Shown one piece after another: positions 52,812 through 61,806 of a stretch of 64,000 bases of DNA. Numbering within the stretch: the stretch's first letter is position 1; every line of letters begins with the position of its first letter. The DNA comes from a bacterium (GTDB lineage Bacteria > Patescibacteriota > UBA1384 > 2-12-FULL-50-11): the NCBI GenBank assembly GCA_021463485.1, contig JAJTYJ010000003.1, positions 88,380 through 152,379 on the forward strand, read 5' to 3'. Below the pieces are notes generated by a model that searched no databases, was not told where the DNA came from, and saw only the letters and a list, made by a program, of their open reading frames with translations. Position numbers and translations under genes: made by a program.

Positions 52812-53795
52812 ATGCTAACACCGGAAACGCAGTTCGGTCCAAAGAGAAAAAAGCGCTTACCACTCGTGCTTATTATTCTTATATCTCTATTTTTGGTGCC
52901 AGCAGCTACCAATAATATTGAAGCTACCACCGACACTACTACGTTGCCAGACATTTCTGTACAACTCTCCGATACAACTAGTTATCTCTCAGTTAAAGAT
53001 GGTGCTCGTAGACCACTTGTTTACGCAAAATCGGTGTTACTAATGAACGCTGAAACTGGAGAAGAGTTATGGTCTGATAACGCCGACGAAGTGGTGGCAG
53101 TCGCCTCAACAACCAAAATGACAACCGCATTAACTGCTCGCAAATTACTTAAACTAGATGAAGTTGTTACCGTCACACGATCGTCTGTGTTAGTCGCAGG
53201 ATCAAAAATACAACTCGCAGTTGGCGAACGGATTACGGTGGAGAACTTACTAAAAGGACTATTAATACAGTCCGGAAACGACACAGCGTTTGCGTTGGCC
53301 GAGCATTACGGCCAGAAGCACGGCGGTGATTATAAACTGTTTGTCGATGAAATGAATAAGTTTTCAGAACAAAATAATCTGACGCTCTCTAAATACAACG
53401 ACCCAGCAGGACTTGACGACGAAGTTGGTCGCTCGACTGCTCGGACACTTGCTCACACCGCTAGATTATTACTACGTGATTCGGTCTTATCTGAAATCGT
53501 GCGGACACCGACTGAGACAATCTATTCAGTCGATAACAAGTACTCACACGAGCTAAAAAACTCTAACCGCTTACTATTAGCCGACACACCGTATTACATG
53601 CCTGGTGCTATCGGTATAAAAACTGGCTTCACTCACGGCGCCGGTCACTGCTTGGTAGCTGGGTATAAAACATCGGTCGGTACCGTGATCGGCGTAGTAT
53701 TGAATACGAACGAATACACCATTACTGCCTCTGCTGCAGAGATGAAGAAACTCTTCCAATGGGCTGAGAACAATGTTCTTGAGAAAAACTACTAA
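52812..53795 (+). CDS. D-alanyl-D-alanine carboxypeptidase (peptidase S11)
   Basis: ASTTK (SxxK), SGN, KTGFT; N-terminal anchor. Confidence 0.92.
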   Translation: MLTPETQFGPKRKKRLPLVLIILISLFLVPAATNNIEATTDTTTLPDISVQLSDTTSYLSVKDGARRPLVYAKSVLLMNAETGEELWSDNADEVVAVASTTKMTTALTARKLLKLDEVVTVTRSSVLVAGSKIQLAVGERITVENLLKGLLIQSGNDTAFALAEHYGQKHGGDYKLFVDEMNKFSEQNNLTLSKYNDPAGLDDEVGRSTARTLAHTARLLLRDSVLSEIVRTPTETIYSVDNKYSHELKNSNRLLLADTPYYMPGAIGIKTGFTHGAGHCLVAGYKTSVGTVIGVVLNTNEYTITASAAEMKKLFQWAENNVLEKNY

Positions 53796-53870
53796 TCAAC
53801 CAAGGTATTGACAATACTTAGAATGAGTATAGTAATAAGTGATTAGAAGTAATTACAAAAGTGTTAATAA

Positions 53871-54578
<708 letters not shown>

Positions 54579-54594
54579 ATAACTTAAAACTCAA

Positions 54595-54622
54595 CAAAAA
54601 AGACCCAACCGGGTCTTTTTTG
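54595..54622. terminator. Bidirectional terminator
   Basis: CAAAAAAGACCC-AACC-GGGTCTTTTTTG between convergent genes. Confidence 0.88.
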
Positions 54623-55336
54623 TTATTTATCAGCAATAAATTTTTGCCAAGCCGCGAGCGCGTTGGCGGCAGCGATCTGTTCGGCTCGTTGTTTTGAGGA
54701 GCCCTGTCCTTCAGCGATTAGTTTTGCCTTGGCGTAAACGCCAACGGTGAACGTTTTGTTATGGTCAGGACCTTCGTCTTTGATAACTCTATATTCGGGC
54801 GTAACGCTTAGTGCTTCCTGTGAAAGTTCCTGTAAATGCGATTTTGGATCGATGTATAATTTCTTCTCAATAATCTCTGGTAGTAGACTTATGAGATGCT
54901 CTTGAATGAACGTAGTAGCAGCTGTGTAGCCCCGGTCGAGGTAAATCGCTCCAATAATAGCTTCAACAGCGTTTGCGAGTATTAAATTACGTGCCCTGCC
55001 GCCGCTTTTTTCTTCGCCCTTGCTCATCCGCAGTATCGAACCAACACCGAGATCGATCGCAACTTTCGCTAGGACTTCGCCCTTAACGATTGCGCTACGC
55101 CAGTTTGTTAGTTCACCTTCAGGGTTTGGAAAGTTCTTGTAAAGGTATTCTGTTACAACCAATTCAAGCACGGCGTCGCCAAGAAATTCCAGCCGCTCGT
55201 TATGTTCTTGTGATTTATCGTTCGTTTCGTTTAAAAACGAACGGTGCGTCAGCGCAATTTGCAGTAACTGAGGGCTCTTAAAGCTGACGCCGATTTTCTT
55301 CTCGAATTCGGTGAGATCACTTAGCTTCTGGTTCAT
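54623..55336 (-). CDS. rnc: Ribonuclease III
   Basis: ALTHRS, NERLEFLGDAVL, dsRBD (GPDHNKTF). Confidence 0.98.
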   Translation of the reverse strand: MNQKLSDLTEFEKKIGVSFKSPQLLQIALTHRSFLNETNDKSQEHNERLEFLGDAVLELVVTEYLYKNFPNPEGELTNWRSAIVKGEVLAKVAIDLGVGSILRMSKGEEKSGGRARNLILANAVEAIIGAIYLDRGYTAATTFIQEHLISLLPEIIEKKLYIDPKSHLQELSQEALSVTPEYRVIKDEGPDHNKTFTVGVYAKAKLIAEGQGSSKQRAEQIAAANALAAWQKFIADK

Positions 55337-55772
55337 CAGCGGGTTTTATTTCTTCTTCGACGTAGCGGTCGCTGTTGCGATAAAGTGTTCCCAGTACGCC
55401 GTTAATAAACTTCGACGAGTTCTCGCCACCAAACGTCTTTGCGATCTCAACTGCCTCGTTAATGGCAACTTTTGGCGGAATGTCCTCGTCTTTTAGTAGC
55501 TCATATGCCGCTAGGCGCAAAATACTTTTATCGATTATTGAGATTTGATCGAGCGGCCATTCGGGCGCTGCATCGGCAATAAGTTGATCGATCTCTTCTT
55601 TAAATTCAACCGTTCCCTCTACAACACGGTGAACGTAATCTACGTCCACGTCTTTTTTTACCGGCTCCATCACACGATCAGCAATTTCAACGATGGTTTG
55701 ATTCTGATGGAAGTCCCACTCGTAGAGCGACTGCATGGCAATCGTTCGCGATAGGTGGCGGTTTACCGACAT
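55317..55772 (-). CDS. nusB: Transcription antitermination factor NusB
   Basis: IDKSILRLA, PPKVAINEAVEIAK, FINGVLG. Confidence 0.98.
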   Translation of the reverse strand: MSVNRHLSRTIAMQSLYEWDFHQNQTIVEIADRVMEPVKKDVDVDYVHRVVEGTVEFKEEIDQLIADAAPEWPLDQISIIDKSILRLAAYELLKDEDIPPKVAINEAVEIAKTFGGENSSKFINGVLGTLYRNSDRYVEEEIKPADEPEAK

Positions 55773-55774
55773 CG

Positions 55775-55987
55775 TTATTTAGATTCTTGATCTAAGACGA
55801 TTCGCTTGGTTGGCGCGCTCTGAGTAACTGACTTACCGTTATAAAAACCGCAATGCGGGCAAACAACGTGAGGAAGCGTAGGTTTCTTGCAGTTAGTGCA
55901 AGTTGTTACTTCCAAATCAGTTGCCTTGTACTGGGCTCGACGTAAATTTGTTCGAGTTTTGGATAACTTTTTCTTTGGCTCTGCCAT
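55775..55987 (-). CDS. rpmF: 50S ribosomal protein L32
   Basis: MAEPKKKLSK, CTNC, PHVVCPHCGFY. Confidence 0.96.
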   Translation of the reverse strand: MAEPKKKLSKTRTNLRRAQYKATDLEVTTCTNCKKPTLPHVVCPHCGFYNGKSVTQSAPTKRIVLDQESK

Positions 55988-56011
55988 TGTTTATATAGTA
56001 TACAGCAGTTT

Positions 56012-58831
56012 CTACCCTGAAACAATGAGATTAAGCACTTCACCGGGCTTATAAATACGCTTAACAATGGGGCGATTGAGTAGCGTTTTCTCAACTTGAG
56101 GATCTTGTAGCGCGGCAGAAACTGCTGACTCTTCGTCATCAGCGGTAAGTTCAACAGTGGCAATAAACTTCTGGTTTATTAGCACTTTAATTGTTTCTAA
56201 GCGCTCAATAGTCGTTGCCTTTGGCCAGCTTGCCGCAAACACCGACCCCGGATAATTAGAACTAAACGATTTCTCCCAAAGTTCCTCCGCCAGAAACGGG
56301 TAGATAGGGGAGAGAGTAATAATAAATTTCTGGAAATCGCCGCGAGAAATAGTTTCCAACTTCTCCCAATTATTTATTAATTTCATCGCCTCGGCGACTA
56401 CTGTATTAAGCCTGAATTCAGCGATCATCGGTTCGATAGATGCTAAATAATTATTCAACTCATCGCTCGGCTTGGCTGAATCGGATACTTTTTCTACAAG
56501 TTTATACAGCCGAATCAGGAAACGATGAATGCCGCTGATGCCGCGCGGATTCCATTCGACGTCAATCTCCATCGGACCCATAAACAGCTCGTAACCACGC
56601 AGTGCGTCGGTACCGTAATGCTCAATAAGCGGATCTGGTGATACAACGTTCCCCTTGCTCTTACTCATCTTACTGCCGTGTAGGTTAACCATGCCGATGT
56701 TGTAGAGCTGCATGAACGGCTCGGTTATCTTTGCGTCGATGTAACCGTGCTTAGCCAAGAAACGAGTAACAAATCGCGCGTACAATAAATGAAGCGTCGC
56801 GTGCTCGATACCGCCGATATACAAATCGACTGGCAGCCAATCATTAACTGTTTTTTTATCAAACGCTTGCTTTTCGTCGGTAGGGGATAGGTATCGCAAA
56901 AAGTACCACGACGAGTCGACGAAGGTGTCTAGAGTGTCGGTGTCGAAATACCACCCCTTGCCGTAGAGCGTTTCGGCGCGTTCTTTATATTCTGCCGAGC
57001 GAGCAATAGGACTTTCGCCGCCTGGCAGAAAGTCGACGTCTTCAGGAAGTCTAAGCGGTAAATGCTCCTCCTTAACAGGGTGTGGCTGTCCCTGTGGATC
57101 GTAAACGATCGGAATCGGCGCACCCCAGTATCGCTGACGGCTGACTAACCAGTCCCTCAGACGATACGTTGTAACGGCTTTCCCAAGTTTTTTCTTTTCA
57201 AGATCTTTCGTTATTTTTTCTGATGCTTCGTCGCTGCTTAATCCGGAGTACGAACCAGAATCAGTCAAACGACCCTTGCCGGTGTAAATTTGCTTATTAA
57301 CCAGGAAGTGAAATGAGAGAATATGCGACTCGTCTACAATTAAACGCTCGACCTCAGATTTAGTTAGCCACTCGATCTTAAATTTATCGATCTCGTTGTC
57401 TTCTAATTTTGTTGGGTCTTGCTTTTTACTTTTTAACCTAAAGTGAAGCCCCGTAACGTCAATAATCCGATTAACACCCTTTGAGTAAGCGCGGTAATGG
57501 TGGTGTAGCGTGCCGGTCTGCCCGATTAGCTCTAAGTCAGTGTAACCAGTTTCTTCAGCAATTTCGCGCCGAGCTGTAATTTCCGCATCTTCATTATTAT
57601 CTCTACCACCCCCGATAAAAAGTTGACCTCCAAGCTCTTTGCCCCAATTAAGCGTTAAGAATTTGCCTGTAGTTGGGTCTTCGACGATCGCGATAATGCT
57701 TTCACGAAATTCCTCGTTATCTAATACTTCACCGGTTTCAGGCTCGATTACTGGTTTAATTGGTAGTTTGTGTGTAGTTGCGAACTGGTAATCTCGCTCA
57801 TCATGAGCCGGCACGCACATCACCGCCCCAGTGCCGTATTCTAACAACACGTAATCAGCTAGGTAAATTGGAATTTCTTTATTGGTTAGCGGGTGGATTG
57901 CGAAACTACCGGTTTCGTAGGCCGTTTTTTCCGACTCTTTAGCTTGGGCGCGATCAACGTTGGTTTTAGCAGATACCGTTTGTAGATACTCCTGAAAACC
58001 ACCGCTACGCTCTGGTACTACTAACTCTTTTGCCAACTGGTGTTCAGGCGCTAACACAATCGCGGTTACGCCAAAAATCGTATCGATCCGAGTAGTGAAT
58101 ACCGGTATCTCGCTTGCTGAATCTTTAATTTTAAAGGAGAGCTCAACACCAACGGACTTACCGATCCAATTGCGTTGCAGGCTTTTTACCCGCTCCGGCC
58201 ACTTCACCTGCTCCAACCCATCGATCAGTTCTTGTGAGTACTTGGAAGTTTTTAAATACCACTGCGAGAGCTCTTTCTTGGTTACCTTGGCGCCGCAGCG
58301 ATCACAACAGCCGTTAACTACCTGTTCGTTTGCTAATACAGTCTGGTCGTTCGGACACCAGTTCACGAGCGATTTTCGCTTTTCGGCCATACCGTGTTTG
58401 AAAAACTGCAAAAACAGCCATTGCGTCCAGCGGTAATACTCTGGATCAGACGTGACTACGCGCTTTGACCAGTCGAAACATGCACCGAGCTGATTAAGTT
58501 GTTTTGTAAACGACTCTATGGCGTTGTCGGTAAACTTTTTCGGATGTGACTTATGTTTGATTGCCGCATTTTCAGCCGGCAAACCGAAGGCATCGAAGCC
58601 CATCGGATGAAGTACAGTCTTCCCTTGTAACATCTGGTAGCGCGCGTAAAAATCGCTCATAACGTATCCGCGCCAGTGGCCAACGTGCAAACCGTCACCA
58701 GAAGGGTACGGGAACATGTCTAGACAATAATATTTATCTTTACTCGATAAATCGGCAGTAGAAAGTTTATTTTTTTCCCAAACATCTCGCCATTTCTGCT
58801 CGATTTTTTGATGATTATAGTGACGATCCAT
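56012..58831 (-). CDS. leuS: Leucine-tRNA ligase with inserted Nudix domain
   Basis: MFPYPSG, HVGH, GTGAVMCVPAHDERD, KMSKS; Nudix box GGRDNNEDAEITARREIAEETGY. Confidence 0.97.
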   Translation of the reverse strand: MDRHYNHQKIEQKWRDVWEKNKLSTADLSSKDKYYCLDMFPYPSGDGLHVGHWRGYVMSDFYARYQMLQGKTVLHPMGFDAFGLPAENAAIKHKSHPKKFTDNAIESFTKQLNQLGACFDWSKRVVTSDPEYYRWTQWLFLQFFKHGMAEKRKSLVNWCPNDQTVLANEQVVNGCCDRCGAKVTKKELSQWYLKTSKYSQELIDGLEQVKWPERVKSLQRNWIGKSVGVELSFKIKDSASEIPVFTTRIDTIFGVTAIVLAPEHQLAKELVVPERSGGFQEYLQTVSAKTNVDRAQAKESEKTAYETGSFAIHPLTNKEIPIYLADYVLLEYGTGAVMCVPAHDERDYQFATTHKLPIKPVIEPETGEVLDNEEFRESIIAIVEDPTTGKFLTLNWGKELGGQLFIGGGRDNNEDAEITARREIAEETGYTDLELIGQTGTLHHHYRAYSKGVNRIIDVTGLHFRLKSKKQDPTKLEDNEIDKFKIEWLTKSEVERLIVDESHILSFHFLVNKQIYTGKGRLTDSGSYSGLSSDEASEKITKDLEKKKLGKAVTTYRLRDWLVSRQRYWGAPIPIVYDPQGQPHPVKEEHLPLRLPEDVDFLPGGESPIARSAEYKERAETLYGKGWYFDTDTLDTFVDSSWYFLRYLSPTDEKQAFDKKTVNDWLPVDLYIGGIEHATLHLLYARFVTRFLAKHGYIDAKITEPFMQLYNIGMVNLHGSKMSKSKGNVVSPDPLIEHYGTDALRGYELFMGPMEIDVEWNPRGISGIHRFLIRLYKLVEKVSDSAKPSDELNNYLASIEPMIAEFRLNTVVAEAMKLINNWEKLETISRGDFQKFIITLSPIYPFLAEELWEKSFSSNYPGSVFAASWPKATTIERLETIKVLINQKFIATVELTADDEESAVSAALQDPQVEKTLLNRPIVKRIYKPGEVLNLIVSG

Positions 58832-58914
58832 TACCTGTAAGTATATCTGTAACTAAAAAAACTGCCTAGCAGTTGCGAAGTTTTTAAACGAGGTTAAAGT
58901 AGGGGAGAGGAGTA

Positions 58915-59082
58915 ATGGAAAATATTAATCAATTTCTCGATTCACCGATGTTACGCTCGATAGCGGGCGGGGCAATAATTTTTATTATCGGATTAATTTT
59001 TCTTAAAAATCAAATTGTTAAGTTACTTATTCTTACGGTGTTAGTTGCCGCTGCGATTTTCTTCTACAACAACTATCGATGA
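58915..59082 (+). CDS. Small two-TM membrane protein (55 aa)
   Basis: MENINQFLDSPMLRSIAGGAIIFIIGLIFLKNQIVKLLILTVLVAAAIFFYNNYR; SD GAGGAG; ATGA overlap with next gene. Confidence 0.75.
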   Translation: MENINQFLDSPMLRSIAGGAIIFIIGLIFLKNQIVKLLILTVLVAAAIFFYNNYR

Positions 59083-60371
59083 GGAAAAATTGGGGTTGGG
59101 TTCTCGTAATTGTTACGGCGCTTTTTCCGATAATTCTTTGGATGTTGGCGGCTCCGATAAACACTAGATTCACCTCAGCGAGCGTTAGTATACTAAGCCT
59201 CTCTCAAATTTGTGCGCTTACCGGCGCGTCATTCTTTGCCTGGAACTTTATTTTAGCTGCGCGGTTACGGTGGTTGGAAAGTGGTTTCGGTGGATTAAAT
59301 AAAGTCTTTGTCGCTCACCACACGTTTGGCGGGGTTGCGTTTGTTCTACTGCTTCTGCACGCAATTCTTGTTATGGCGCAATATCTGCCGATTTCGATCT
59401 CGCTCACGGGAGAAATGTTGATTGACGTCTCTGATTTGTCAAAAAACCTCGGTCGCTTAACACTTGGCATTATTATGACGGTTCTAATTATCACTTATTA
59501 CTTTCCGCTCAAACACAACACCTGGAAGTGGACGCATCAGATTATCGGAGCAGCGTTATTTACGGGTTTTGCGCATGTTTTTATCGTCCCGAGCGACGTC
59601 GCGAACTACTTGCCGTTACGCTACTGGATGTTGGGAATACTGCTTTCTGGAATCATTGCGTATTGCTACCGGGTACTATTTGGTAGGTATCTGGTGTCGC
59701 GCTACAAATACACAGTTACCGATATTAAAAAGTTCCCAAACAATATTATGGAGATTGTACTAACGCCGACCGCCGACTCTATGCAGTACAGACCAGGGCA
59801 ATTTGTTTTTATTAGTTTTATCCAAAACGGAATCACTACCGAATTCCACCCATTTTCCATTACCTCCGATAGCAGCTCAAAACAACTCTCAATAGGAATT
59901 AAGCGGCTCGGCGACTACACTGAAACACTTTCTAGTTTGGAACGGGGCACAGAAGCAAAAATTGAAGGTCCGTTCGGTCGTTTTTACATACAAAAAAATC
60001 ATCACGCCGACCAAATCTGGGTCGCGGGCGGAATCGGTATTACGCCGTTTTTGAGTATGATTCGCAGCCAAAAAGTAATCGATGGCGGTAAAGTTTGGTT
60101 ATTCTACTCAGTTAACACCATCGACGAAGCGGTCTTTCTTCCAGAACTTATTGCCTACGCAAAAGAAAATGAAGATTTTATATTAATTCTTCACGAAACT
60201 AAGCGAAACGGTTACATTAGCGCCGAAATTATTTCTAAAAAAGTGGGGGAACTTACGAATAAAGAGATCTTCCTCTGCGGTCCGCCACCGATGATGAAGT
60301 CGCTTCGTGGACAATTTGTTTCAATTGGCGTTAACAACAATGTAATTCATTCAGAGGAGTTTACACTCTAA
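59079..60371 (+). CDS. Ferric reductase-like TM domain plus FAD/NAD(P)H dehydrogenase (bacterial NOX-like)
   Basis: Two H-x12-H helices, PGQF, HPFSI, GPFG, AGGIGITP, CGP, terminal EEF. Confidence 0.9.
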   Translation: MRKNWGWVLVIVTALFPIILWMLAAPINTRFTSASVSILSLSQICALTGASFFAWNFILAARLRWLESGFGGLNKVFVAHHTFGGVAFVLLLLHAILVMAQYLPISISLTGEMLIDVSDLSKNLGRLTLGIIMTVLIITYYFPLKHNTWKWTHQIIGAALFTGFAHVFIVPSDVANYLPLRYWMLGILLSGIIAYCYRVLFGRYLVSRYKYTVTDIKKFPNNIMEIVLTPTADSMQYRPGQFVFISFIQNGITTEFHPFSITSDSSSKQLSIGIKRLGDYTETLSSLERGTEAKIEGPFGRFYIQKNHHADQIWVAGGIGITPFLSMIRSQKVIDGGKVWLFYSVNTIDEAVFLPELIAYAKENEDFILILHETKRNGYISAEIISKKVGELTNKEIFLCGPPPMMKSLRGQFVSIGVNNNVIHSEEFTL

Positions 60372-60451
60372 TGTTACAACGAATTATCGATATTACCTTA
60401 GCAATCTATATATTGTTTACAATAATTTTTATTTTAATCGCAGTGCTGTAA
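60371..60451 (+). CDS. Possible 26-aa single-TM micropeptide
   Basis: MLQRIIDITLAIYILFTIIFILIAVL; TAATG coupling to the oxidoreductase stop. Confidence 0.4.
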   Translation: MLQRIIDITLAIYILFTIIFILIAVL

Positions 60452-60754
60452 ATCTGTGGTTCACGACGGCAAAAGACCGAACCGGGTTACGTTCGGCGCT
60501 ATTCTTCTATGAGCCAGGAAGATGAGTTATTGGCACGAAGAATTGTTTTCTTAAAAGAACTTTACAATCAATTTGGTCAGGGAGAAGACGGTATTCCGTC
60601 CGCCAAGAAAAGAAAGCGAAGGAAGTGAACTACTACCAAATCATCTCAGCGATGGGGAAAGAAGCGGTCAAGCGAAAGAAAGCCGAAGATGAGATGGTGT
60701 TCCTAACGTCTTGCTTTATTGTGGATGTGACTTTTTGATGTATGGAGATGCATA

Positions 60755-61555
60755 TCAACCGCCCGTTTTGCCGAATGACTTTGAGAAAAGCTCCTTACGA
60801 ATGGCCTCAATCTCGGTCTTTGCTTGTAGTGCCAACTCTCCTTCCCACTCAGGCAGCGAAAGGGCTATCCTTGAGAAATAAGATACGCCCGTGACAAGTG
60901 CGTGCTCTACGGAAGTTTTTGACCAGCTTTCTAGTCTGTCCGTAAGTACGTAATGAATAACGCCATTGGGCGTAGGATGGTTCTGCTGATTCCCCGCCCT
61001 CCAAGACCACTTAATTAACTCCTTCTCACTATCTCGTTTTATCAAGCCGGATTTAGAAAGATCCTCTATCATTTGCATCATATTCACGGACCGCCAGGGG
61101 AGAAGTCGACCGCGGTCATCTACGCCGAGTCTCCTCTCGGCTACGGGCATTGTCTCGCAGAGCTTTTTCAGGAGATCCTGCTTTGGCTTCCGACCAGCTT
61201 TCTCTATTGTCGTTACTTCATCTTGGATTTCCTGCGCTTGGTAAAGCCAAAATTTCCTGGCATATTCCTTGGGATCAGTCAGCTTTACCCACTCGATTGT
61301 CACCGTATCTTCCAATAAGCCGCGCTGAAGATCAATGAGTGGGCCAGCGGTTATAACGTCTTCCTCTGTCTCAATCAACTTCACAATACAACGAAATGAG
61401 AAGTATGCTTTCCTGAACAGTCCTTCGATGAACTGCGAATAGTCCTCGTCGTCGGAATATTTAATGGGACCATTCACTAATGGTTCAACTGCTAGAAGTA
61501 GTCGCTGCGCTAATGATAAGATTCTATTTCTAATACCAGCTTCCATTTGGTTCAT
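60755..61555 (-). CDS. Hypothetical protein, DUF5677/HEPN-like
   Basis: All-helical; LQRGLLED and RAGNQQNH (R-x6-H) motifs; downstream of tRNA. Confidence 0.65.
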   Translation of the reverse strand: MNQMEAGIRNRILSLAQRLLLAVEPLVNGPIKYSDDEDYSQFIEGLFRKAYFSFRCIVKLIETEEDVITAGPLIDLQRGLLEDTVTIEWVKLTDPKEYARKFWLYQAQEIQDEVTTIEKAGRKPKQDLLKKLCETMPVAERRLGVDDRGRLLPWRSVNMMQMIEDLSKSGLIKRDSEKELIKWSWRAGNQQNHPTPNGVIHYVLTDRLESWSKTSVEHALVTGVSYFSRIALSLPEWEGELALQAKTEIEAIRKELFSKSFGKTGG

Positions 61556-61706
61556 TTAAACCCATACGGTGGTCTTGTCAAATTCTCCCGCCCTACTGAC
61601 GTGCGACGTCAAATGGTTCACCATTTACGTACTCAGTAATGACCATCAGACCCATAAATAGCATCACAAACCGTATGAAAAACGTTTCATGTACGAAACA
61701 AGTCTG

Positions 61707-61779
61707 TGGACCGTACCGGGTTCGAACCGGTGACCTCTTCCATGCCATGGAAGCGCGCTACCAGCTGCGCCAACGGCCC
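61707..61779 (-). tRNA. tRNA-Ala(GGC)
   Basis: GGGCCGT/ACGGTCC acceptor with G3-U70, anticodon loop ATGGCAT, GTTCGAA T-loop; CCA not encoded. Confidence 0.97.
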
Positions 61780-61806
61780 GATGTTGGAAATTATACCAGA
61801 GAAAGC

